Below, in pieces: positions 56,439 through 64,000 of a DNA stretch of 64,000 bases. Position numbers and translations under genes: made by a program. Source of the DNA: an archaeon. GTDB taxonomy: Archaea > Nanobdellota > Nanobdellia > CSSed11-243R1. Under the pieces are notes generated by a model. The model saw only the letters and a program-made list of their open reading frames with translations. It searched no databases and was not told the DNA's origin. Each line of letters opens with the position of its first letter. The stretch's first letter is position 1. Location of the stretch: contig JAJRVP010000013.1 in assembly GCA_024277205.1 (NCBI GenBank), positions 72,735 through 136,734 of the forward strand, written 5' to 3'.

Positions 56439-57950
56439 TTACTTCCTTGCATAGAAAATTGGTTGTTTTGACATGTATTTTGGAACAGGTAATGGCCAAT
56501 TTGGCATTCCTTCAACTTTTGACTTAATTAGTTTTGTTACTTCTTTGACATCCATATTTTCTATCTTATCTTTTTTAACCTCACTTTGTTCACGAATAAC
56601 AACTGGCAACTTTTTAGATTCCATCTCTTTGTCGCCAACCACTATAATATAGGGCACCCATGCCTGCTTTGCTTGGAAAACTTTTTTTGGGATACTTAAA
56701 TCCCTATCATCAATACAAACTCTTATCCCTTCTTTTTCTAACTCTTTTGAGATGTTTTCAACAAATTCATTATGCCTATCTGCAACAGGCAAAAGTCTTA
56801 CTTGTTCAGGAGAAAGCCAAACAGGAAGCATTCCTGCTTTTCCTTTTTGTTCATTCATCCAAGCTTGTTCAAGAAGAGAATAAATCACTCTTTCAATTGC
56901 ACCACTTGGCGAAAGATGTAATATAATTGGGTGCTTCTTTTTGTTATCTTTATCCACATAAGAAATTTCATATCTTTCTGCATTTTCAACATCAAATTGA
57001 TCTGTTACAAGCGCAGTTGCTTTTTCCATTGCGTCTATAAAATTTAATTCATACTTCATTGAAAAGTAAAAGAATCTCTTATCCCACATTTCAACTAGAG
57101 CTGGCTTGCCCCATCTTTTAACTAATTCTTTTGCAAAATCTTCATGTTCTTCATAAAAGTCTTTAACAAATCTTATACCAAGCTCAAAATCATTTGGAAT
57201 ACTAAATCCAATCTTATTCATCACTTCTTTTGAAAGTTCAAATCTCCTGAGCATCTCTTCTTTTCCTTGTTTATAATCTTTAACAAAAGCATGGCAATCT
57301 GGCATTGTAAACGCGCGTAACCTTTTCAATCCAACAAGTTCACCTGATTGCTCAAGCCTAAAACTATATCTTGTTAATTCATATAGGCGCAAAGGAAGAT
57401 GTTTGTAAGAGATATTCATGTCATGCGCCATTAAAAATTGTCCAAAGCATGCTGCAAATCTTAAAAAGAAACTTCTCTTACCACTTGATTCAACAACATA
57501 TTGCCTTGCAGGAAACCTATGTAAATATTTCTTCAAAGAAGGGTGATTATAATCATACATAATTGGAGTTTCAACCTCCATGGCATATTCGCTTAGCTTT
57601 TTAGAAACAAAAGTTTCAAGCATTCTCTTAATAAAACGCCCTTTTGGGTAATACTTTAAATTGCCTAAATCAGAACCTTTTTCATAATCAACCATCTCAA
57701 GCTTTTTCATTAGCTCAACATGAGGTGGCTCTCTCTCATAAACTCTCCTTTTAGCAATTTCATACATTGCAAATTTGAGCAAATTAGGATATTTTGAAAA
57801 GTCAAATCCAACAATCTTCCCTTTTTCAGCTTTTATTTCACACAGTTTACCATCTAAATCCAAGATAAACCATTTAGATTCTATCTTTTCTTCAGCTTTT
57901 AGAGCTTCAGATATTTCCTGTTTTTTCTTTTTTTCCAAATTAATCACCAA
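56439..57950 (-). CDS. thrS: Threonine--tRNA ligase catalytic core plus anticodon-binding domain (no editing domain)
   Basis: Class-II motif 2 FRLEQSGELVGLKRLRAFTMPDCHAF (ThrRS-type), motif 3, and a C-terminal anticodon-binding fold. 503 aa. Confidence 0.85.
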   Translation of the reverse strand: MVINLEKKKKQEISEALKAEEKIESKWFILDLDGKLCEIKAEKGKIVGFDFSKYPNLLKFAMYEIAKRRVYEREPPHVELMKKLEMVDYEKGSDLGNLKYYPKGRFIKRMLETFVSKKLSEYAMEVETPIMYDYNHPSLKKYLHRFPARQYVVESSGKRSFFLRFAACFGQFLMAHDMNISYKHLPLRLYELTRYSFRLEQSGELVGLKRLRAFTMPDCHAFVKDYKQGKEEMLRRFELSKEVMNKIGFSIPNDFELGIRFVKDFYEEHEDFAKELVKRWGKPALVEMWDKRFFYFSMKYELNFIDAMEKATALVTDQFDVENAERYEISYVDKDNKKKHPIILHLSPSGAIERVIYSLLEQAWMNEQKGKAGMLPVWLSPEQVRLLPVADRHNEFVENISKELEKEGIRVCIDDRDLSIPKKVFQAKQAWVPYIIVVGDKEMESKKLPVVIREQSEVKKDKIENMDVKEVTKLIKSKVEGMPNWPLPVPKYMSKQPIFYARK

Positions 57951-58049
57951 TGATATTGTAAATTATGCCTATCTTTTATTTGTTTTGGATTTTCGTAATA
58001 CAATATATTGTTATGACAAAAAATTAGCTATATTTTTATAAATGATTCT

Positions 58050-58721
58050 ATGTTCTATTATGCCATGCAAAAACAAAGACAACTACAAAAAGAAGTATCT
58101 AAAACAAAACTAAATCAAGCAAGTTTGCTTCTACAAAAACAAATTCAAAAACTTAATCTAAAAGAATTAACCCTTATAGTTTCTTTTGTTTCTGCTGCAG
58201 CAGTTGGCAGAATTGCGCTTCAAGGTATTCCAAGTGTTGAACTTATAACCTTTTTTGCAATTCTTGCAGGGGCTCTTTTTGGAAAAGAAGAAGGTTTCTT
58301 AGTAGGTTCTTCAAGCTTAATTGTATCAAACTTTTTTGTTTTTGGTGGGCAAGGACCTTGGACAATTTTTCAAGCAATTGGATTTGGAATTGTTGGATAC
58401 TTCGGTGGTTTCTTAAACGAAAACAGCAAAAGAATTTCATTCATAGGGATTGCACTTATCTCAACAATTGTTTATGAAATTATAATTAATACACAATCAA
58501 TTATGATGTTTGGATTTCTTGGAATCTCAAGTGTGTTACTATTAGCATTGCCATTTGTAATAGTCCACATAATATCCAATACAATATTCTTATCTTTTGC
58601 TCCTGAAATTATTAAAAAAATGAATGAGGTGGAGTTCTTTGAACACAAAAAGATTGCTGAGCATCTTCGCAATTATATTAATTCTAAGCTTGGGTTTTTA
58701 TCTAAGCCAAGAAAGGAATAA
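58050..58721 (+). CDS. Polytopic membrane protein (ECF-S-component-like)
   Basis: Five or six TM helices. Overlaps the next ORF by about 98 nt. Confidence 0.4.
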   Translation: MFYYAMQKQRQLQKEVSKTKLNQASLLLQKQIQKLNLKELTLIVSFVSAAAVGRIALQGIPSVELITFFAILAGALFGKEEGFLVGSSSLIVSNFFVFGGQGPWTIFQAIGFGIVGYFGGFLNENSKRISFIGIALISTIVYEIIINTQSIMMFGFLGISSVLLLALPFVIVHIISNTIFLSFAPEIIKKMNEVEFFEHKKIAEHLRNYINSKLGFLSKPRKE

Positions 58722-58971
58722 AGTTTCAACAGAGATAGAGTATAATGGGCCTGGGAATGTATTAGAATTACTAAATGAAAGCCACAAAGTTGTTACAGAG
58801 GATACAAAATGGGGCCCTTATGTTAAATGCATTGATGATTTATGTGCAAACACAACTCATTTTTGGCTTTATTATGTGAATGGTAAATTAGCACCAGTTG
58901 GTGCTCATTTGTACAATGCAACAGAAAATGATACAATTCTTTGGAGATTCACAAGCAATAATCCATTTTAG
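58624..58971 (+). CDS. Secreted DUF4430-like (transcobalamin-like) small protein
   Basis: Signal/TM, then WGPYVKCIDD...WLYYVNGKLAPVGA...NDTILWRF. Confidence 0.4.
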   Translation: MRWSSLNTKRLLSIFAIILILSLGFYLSQERNKVSTEIEYNGPGNVLELLNESHKVVTEDTKWGPYVKCIDDLCANTTHFWLYYVNGKLAPVGAHLYNATENDTILWRFTSNNPF

Positions 58972-59666
58972 AAAACTTTTAGTTCATTAACCAAATTTCC
59001 ATGTATGTGTCCTGTGGTTTTGGCATAAGCAGTAAGAGGATCGTCTCCATCAACAATGCTCTCAATAAAATCACCATCTGAAATAATACTAGTAGCTACA
59101 AATTTATCATCATCTTCAAAATCTGCTATAACAAATACATATAAATTCTCATCTCCAACCTTTTTTAGCTCTCCAATCATAACAGAAGTTCCATCAGAAA
59201 ATGGAACTATCATACTACCATCGGTTAAACTAAGATTTCTCATAGAATTCCCAACAAACGCAAGATACTTCTTTGGACCAATTCTATCAATAGACTTGCT
59301 TAATAAAGAATAATAAGAAGATAATTTATCCTCAAATTTATATATATGATCAACGGTTCTTCCTATGAGCTTATATTCTCTTCTCCCTAACTTTCTCATC
59401 CAGTAAAATTCACAATCAGAACATATGGCTCCTATTTGTACATCAGCAGGATCTGTTAAACAAGAATCCCCCATTAGTTCGTATATCAATCCATTTTCGT
59501 CTTTAACAAGCATAACACCTGCTCTTGTAATTGGAACACCCTGAGCTTCTTTACCATCTATTACTAATTTCTCCCCCTTTCCCAATTTCTCTCCAAGAGT
59601 GAGGCAATAAGAGGAATATACATTCTTAGTTCCGTATACAGAAGTGGCTACTCTTCGTCCTTTCAT
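58968..59666 (-). CDS. Hypothetical protein
   Basis: ORF only. Confidence 0.35.
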   Translation of the reverse strand: MKGRRVATSVYGTKNVYSSYCLTLGEKLGKGEKLVIDGKEAQGVPITRAGVMLVKDENGLIYELMGDSCLTDPADVQIGAICSDCEFYWMRKLGRREYKLIGRTVDHIYKFEDKLSSYYSLLSKSIDRIGPKKYLAFVGNSMRNLSLTDGSMIVPFSDGTSVMIGELKKVGDENLYVFVIADFEDDDKFVATSIISDGDFIESIVDGDDPLTAYAKTTGHIHGNLVNELKVF

Positions 59667-59709
59667 TTAAACCCCCATATATATAAATCGCTCCTCGTTA
59701 ATAATTTTT

Positions 59710-60810
59710 ATGAAGCTTTATTTTGAAACGTATGGATGTGCAGCAAATCAGGCAGACGAGTTAGTTATGCGTAGCATTCTTAAACAGGATTTGGAATTTT
59801 CAGAAAAAATTGAGAATTCGGACATACTAATCATTTTAACTTGTGGCGTGAAGGGTTCAACTGAAAATAAAATCTTGGCAAGAATTCAAGAAATCAAAAA
59901 TAAATTTCCAAAAAAGAAGGTTATTATTGCTGGATGCCTTACAAAAATACTCTCTACAAAACTTCAAAAAATGTTTCCATATTATTCCTTAATTGGGCCG
60001 GATCAAATTAATGATATTCTGGAAATTGTAAAAAAAGTCGCAAATGAAGAAAAGGTTATTGAACTGAAATCAAAGAAAAAGCTTAAATGTGTATTGCCAA
60101 AGGTCGTTAAAGAAGTGCAGCCAATTGTAATTGCAAGTGGTTGTTTAAATGCATGTGCATATTGTGCTACAAAAATAGCAAAAGGGATGTTAAAGTCCTA
60201 TCCAATTAATTGTATTAAAGATGCAGTTGAATATGCTGTGAAACATGGTGCAAAAAAAATACTTCTTACTGCAACAGATACAGGTGTTTATGGAAAAGAT
60301 ATTGGCACAAACCTGGCAAAATTGCTTAAAGAACTTGTTACGATTCCAGGTGATTTTAAAATAAGGGTTGGCATGATGAACCCACAACACATCAAACCTT
60401 TTCTCAATGAAGTAATTGAGGTTTACAAAAATCCAAAAATAATCAAATTTATCCACATACCTGTTCAAGCAGGTAGTAATAAAGTTCTCAAAGATATGAA
60501 AAGAGGTTATACTGTTGAAGAGTTCAAAAAAATTATCATGAAATTCAGAAAAGAAATTCCAAATATAAAGATTTCAACAGATATTATTTGTGGATTCCCA
60601 ACAGAAACAGAAGAAGACTTTGAAAAAACAGTTAAATTAGTAAAAGAAATCAAGCCAGAAGTGGTGAATATTTCTAAATTTTATCCCCGTCCAAATACCC
60701 CTGCAAAAGAGATGAAACAATTGCCAACCAAGACAATTAAAGAACGCTCAAGAAAGCTTTCAGAGATTTATATCAAGATAAAGAAAGATTTAATAACATC
60801 TAATTCTTAG
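59710..60810 (+). CDS. Radical-SAM tRNA methylthiotransferase (MiaB/MtaB/CDKAL1 family)
   Basis: N-terminal MTTase domain (YFETYGCAANQADE), radical SAM CLNACAYCAT. No obvious TRAM domain. Confidence 0.75.
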   Translation: MKLYFETYGCAANQADELVMRSILKQDLEFSEKIENSDILIILTCGVKGSTENKILARIQEIKNKFPKKKVIIAGCLTKILSTKLQKMFPYYSLIGPDQINDILEIVKKVANEEKVIELKSKKKLKCVLPKVVKEVQPIVIASGCLNACAYCATKIAKGMLKSYPINCIKDAVEYAVKHGAKKILLTATDTGVYGKDIGTNLAKLLKELVTIPGDFKIRVGMMNPQHIKPFLNEVIEVYKNPKIIKFIHIPVQAGSNKVLKDMKRGYTVEEFKKIIMKFRKEIPNIKISTDIICGFPTETEEDFEKTVKLVKEIKPEVVNISKFYPRPNTPAKEMKQLPTKTIKERSRKLSEIYIKIKKDLITSNS

Positions 60811-60818
60811 AAAAATAC

Positions 60819-61496
60819 ATGAGAAAAACAGAGATAAAAAATGATAACCCTTTTTTTGAGATTATGCATAAAGGGGATGAAAAAATAATCATGAGTCCTC
60901 AAGCACTTAAAAAAATAAAAGAATTATCAAAAGAGCTCGTCAAGAATCATCCAATTTTATTTATTGTTGGAGATCATGGTTCTGGGAAATCCTTGGTAGA
61001 AAAGGAAATTGAAAAGAATATACCTAAAAAGTTCGAGAAAAGGAAATTAATTTTTACAATTGATTTATTAAGCGAATTAAGAGCACTTCCAATTGAAAGA
61101 ATGCTCAAGAAGAGGATTGTAATATATATTGACAAATTTGAACTCACAAGTGTTATTGATGATGGCGAATTTGAAAAACTATTAGATGTAATATATGATA
61201 CTTCTAAATCTGGAGTAGGATATGTAATCTCGTGCCACCCAGATACGCTTGCTAGAATATTTGATATATCCGACAAAATAAGAATGAACTCTCGTGTTTA
61301 TAATGTCCCATCCTTAACATTTGAACAAGCAAAGAAATTAATAATCTCTCGATTGAACATGGTAAGAAAGAAAAAATCAAACTCTCTTAATCCTTTCACA
61401 GAATCCCAAATAAGAAACATTTGGAAAACTTCAAGGGGAAATCCAAGAATGATTCTATTGCTATGTGCAAATTTGTACAATATAGTAAAAAGATGA
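60819..61496 (+). CDS. AAA-type P-loop ATPase (ExeA/GspA-like)
   Basis: Walker A GDHGSGKS, Walker B VIYIDKFE, C-terminal RGNPRMILLLC (GxPRxIN-like). Confidence 0.5.
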   Translation: MRKTEIKNDNPFFEIMHKGDEKIIMSPQALKKIKELSKELVKNHPILFIVGDHGSGKSLVEKEIEKNIPKKFEKRKLIFTIDLLSELRALPIERMLKKRIVIYIDKFELTSVIDDGEFEKLLDVIYDTSKSGVGYVISCHPDTLARIFDISDKIRMNSRVYNVPSLTFEQAKKLIISRLNMVRKKKSNSLNPFTESQIRNIWKTSRGNPRMILLLCANLYNIVKR

Positions 61497-61500
61497 TAAA

Positions 61501-62279
61501 ATGAAATATTCAATACTAACTATAACAATAGTTTTATCTTTATTTCTAATCACTCAATTTGTTGGGCTTACAGCCAACAGCATATATGCTGAATCTGAAT
61601 TACCATACAGACTTCAACCCCCAAGTGTTGAACCAAAATTCTCGCCTTGGTTTTTCTTAAGCATGGTAATTGTTATCTCTTTGTTGTTTTTTGCAATGAA
61701 GAGATTTAAATTAGAAATCTTGATGAAATTGTGGTTTTTCATAGCTATCACAATTTGTATAGCTGTAACATTAAGTGCTTTTGTGGATTCTTGGATTGCT
61801 GTGATTGTAGCCCTTTCAATTGTCTTACTTAAATTCAAAGAAAGGGACATCTATATGCATAATCTTGGAGAAATCCTTATGTATGGTGGTGTAGTTGCAT
61901 TGTTTGCACCCATGCTAAATTTTTGGGCAGTCGTGATATTACTAATTGGAATGTCTATTTATGATTACATAGCTGTTTTTGTTACAAAACACATGATAGG
62001 ACTTGCAAAGATGCAGGAAGAACTTGGGATATTTTCTGGTTTGGTTGTAGTTAATAAAGATGATGTTGCAATTTTGGGTGGGGGGGATATTGCATTTACA
62101 TTGCTTTTTGCAGTTATTGTCCTAAGACAATTTGGCATTGTTAATGCATTACTTTCAATCTATGGAGCAACATTATTCATAGCAATTTTAATGATAATTG
62201 GTAAAAGAAAAAATATTATCCAGCAATGCCCTTTGTTACAGCAGGTTCATTGCTTGGATTTTTGATAAGTTTAATATAA
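61501..62279 (+). CDS. Presenilin/signal-peptide-peptidase-family intramembrane aspartyl protease; frame broken at an A5 run (about 62208-62212)
   Basis: YD motif (MSIYDYIAV) and GxGD motif (AILGGGDIAF) sit in TM helices. The annotated frame stops at 62265. The alternative frame from 62205 reads KKKYYPAMPFVTAGSLLGFLISLI*, which supplies the missing PAL-type motif. Confidence 0.55.
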
Positions 62280-62489
62280 TTACTTTCTTTTCTTCCTTTT
62301 CTTTTTCTTTAATAAAGATTCAACTTCTCTTTCTGTTTTCAATTCAATTCTCTCAACCTTTTCAATTAATCTCTCAATTTTTCTATCCATTATTAAAATG
62401 TATCTAAGCCCAACAACTAAACCAAATAGAACTCCAATCATAAGTCCTATGGCAGCATTAAGTGCCCACTCAGCAACCATGTATATCAC
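62280..62489 (-). CDS. Small membrane protein with a poly-Lys tail
   Basis: One TM helix plus KKKKRKKRK. Confidence 0.3.
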   Translation of the reverse strand: MIYMVAEWALNAAIGLMIGVLFGLVVGLRYILIMDRKIERLIEKVERIELKTEREVESLLKKKKRKKRK

Positions 62490-62520
62490 CTCACTAATTA
62501 TTCATTAGTTATGCATGTAT

Positions 62521-63090
62521 TTAAATAATTCGCTTAATTAGAATTGCACTTTGTCCAGTTGGATCATTAAAAATAAGTGTTATTTTTAATTTTCCTTGTT
62601 TTGCCTTTTCAAGTTTGTTAATCTCTTTTTCTATTTCTTTTTGTTTTTCCTTTTTAACAACAGAAATAGTTTTCAAAGAATAAATAATTCTATCAATCAC
62701 ACCTTCCACATTCGAGATATATGCTTCGGACTCTGGACCTGGTTTAATCTTTAAACCAATCTCTGGGATTTCAATAGAACAATATCTATTTTTAACAACC
62801 CTTACTTCTAATGCTTTTTTAGAAGAAATTGCTATTTTTTGTTTTTTTGGATATCCCTTTTCACTTAATGGTAAGATGTCATGAGTTTTATAACCGCAGA
62901 ATTTGCAACTTGCAAAAGTTTCTAATACTTCTCCAAAATAAGGTATGTTGTCTAAGACTTGTTGAACAGAAAATCCATGTTTATTACAAACAGGACAATT
63001 AAGAAGAGAAGGATTAAAAATAACTTTACTCTTCTGTTTCTTCTTCACTGCCGTCTCCCTTGAATACTTCAATGAAATTTGGCACTGCAA
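62521..63090 (-). CDS. ZPR1-type C4 zinc-finger protein
   Basis: CPVCNK...x26...CKFCGYK, followed by a beta-rich domain. The 5' end overlaps sepF, so the true start may be the GTG at about 63048. Confidence 0.55.
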   Translation of the reverse strand: MQCQISLKYSRETAVKKKQKSKVIFNPSLLNCPVCNKHGFSVQQVLDNIPYFGEVLETFASCKFCGYKTHDILPLSEKGYPKKQKIAISSKKALEVRVVKNRYCSIEIPEIGLKIKPGPESEAYISNVEGVIDRIIYSLKTISVVKKEKQKEIEKEINKLEKAKQGKLKITLIFNDPTGQSAILIKRII

Positions 63091-63415
63091 TTATCCAGTC
63101 TTCATCAATCCCAACAATCTCTCCATCTATTGCTTCACAAGTTCTTTTGACTTTGTTTATTGCTCTTTTGAGTTCATTCATATCTTTATCTTTTAATGGT
63201 TTTATTTTCATTAATGCAATTGTGTATCCTTCTCTAAGTGAGTCAATAACTGGTTTTATATCTGCAAAATCTGTCAGAATAAAGTACTTTACAAATATCT
63301 TTGCTCCTTTTTTGTGCATTTCTTCTGGTTCAAGTTCTATAAACTCTTCTTCTTCAGTTTTTTTAATAACGGTTTTTCCTGTTAGTTTACTTAGGAAATC
63401 TTTAATTTTGTCCAT
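63026..63415 (-). CDS. sepF: SepF-like cell-division protein (DUF552)
   Basis: The C-terminal 80 aa follow the SepF core pattern (IKPVIDSLREGYTIALMKIKPLKDKDMNELKRAINKVKRTCEAIDGEIVGIDEDWIIAVPNFIEV). Confidence 0.6.
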   Translation of the reverse strand: MDKIKDFLSKLTGKTVIKKTEEEEFIELEPEEMHKKGAKIFVKYFILTDFADIKPVIDSLREGYTIALMKIKPLKDKDMNELKRAINKVKRTCEAIDGEIVGIDEDWIIAVPNFIEVFKGDGSEEETEE

Positions 63416-63470
63416 GGCTCACCACCAACTTTTATATTATTATCTTTGATTTGTATTTTTATATACTTTT

Positions 63471-63734
63471 TTATTGATGTAACATTGATTCCAATATTGA
63501 TACTATGCTCCAAATTTGTGTTCTTGTGTACATTGGCATGTTTGGATCATCTGACACTTCATCCAAAAGTTGAAGTGCTCTATCAACTCTTACTGTTATT
63601 TCTTCTCCAGATTTTTCAAGATACTCCTTTGCTTTTTTTGCATTTTCTCTAATGTTTCTAGGTACTGTTCTATCCTCGCTTATTTGCGTCAATACATCTA
63701 ATGCTTGCTCAAGTTTTTCTGTCATTTTAATCAC
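63471..63734 (-). CDS. UPF0147-family protein
   Basis: LEQALDVLTQISEDRTVPRNIR...DDPNMPMYTRTQIWSIVSILE matches the archaeal UPF0147 pattern. Its position next to prefoldin beta is typical. Confidence 0.6.
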   Translation of the reverse strand: MIKMTEKLEQALDVLTQISEDRTVPRNIRENAKKAKEYLEKSGEEITVRVDRALQLLDEVSDDPNMPMYTRTQIWSIVSILESMLHQ

Positions 63735-64000
63735 TCTTTTAACTGTTTTGATAATTTTTCTTGAAGTTCTGAAGCATTCTTAGTTAATTTATCCTGCTGT
63801 TTTTCAATTGTAGAAATCCTCAAATTCAACAATTCTTTTTTATCTTTAAGAGATTTTTCTAATTCTTTTTTAGATTTTTTAATCATGATATTCCCAATGA
63901 CTTCATAGGCATTTTCATCTTTTATTTTTTCAAGTTCCTTAAGTGCGTTTTCAATTTCAGCAATCTGGGCTTGAATGTTTTGTTTTTGAAGCATAATCAT
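63731..64000 (-). CDS. pfdB: Prefoldin beta subunit (start at or just beyond the window edge)
   Basis: Coiled coil - GNIMIKKSKKEL beta hairpin - coiled coil. 4-nt overlap with the UPF0147 gene. Confidence 0.65.
   Translation of the reverse strand: MIMLQKQNIQAQIAEIENALKELEKIKDENAYEVIGNIMIKKSKKELEKSLKDKKELLNLRISTIEKQQDKLTKNASELQEKLSKQLKE

Overview
This is an AT-rich (roughly 30% GC by eye), gene-dense archaeal chromosome segment. Genes sit on both strands with short intergenic spacers, and many are coupled by 4-nt overlaps. The content and style resemble a small-genome DPANN-like archaeon: small proteins, split or minimal versions of housekeeping enzymes, and many membrane or Cys-rich secreted hypothetical proteins. 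I could not run any similarity search, so this taxonomic reading is inference. Recognisable genes include a stand-alone 5S rRNA; r-proteins L35Ae, S19e, L39e, L31e, LX and L21e; RNase P protein Rpp21; SRP54 and FtsY; prefoldin alpha and beta; ABCE1; a YchF-like GTPase; a split ThrRS (catalytic core plus a separate editing domain); Orc1/Cdc6; deoxyhypusine synthase with Dph6-like and Dph2-like diphthamide enzymes; IMPDH with an AICARFT-only PurH; KsgA; CutA; TrmI; Mpg glycosylase; a MiaB-like methylthiotransferase; SepF; and a ZPR1-type zinc-finger protein. The more unusual content is listed as findings. It covers a metal-handling island, a paralogous pair of nucleotidyltransferase/HEPN-like proteins, tandem mini histone-fold genes, a Lys-rich basic/acidic protein, an EF-Tu-like pseudo-GTPase beside Mtq2, a GC-rich ORF-free structured-RNA island of about 475 nt, two homopolymer-associated frameshifts, and an amino-acid permease fused to a methyltransferase. 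No CRISPR array, transposase or integrase was seen. All calls rest on reading the six-frame translations for motifs and synteny; none could be checked against a database.
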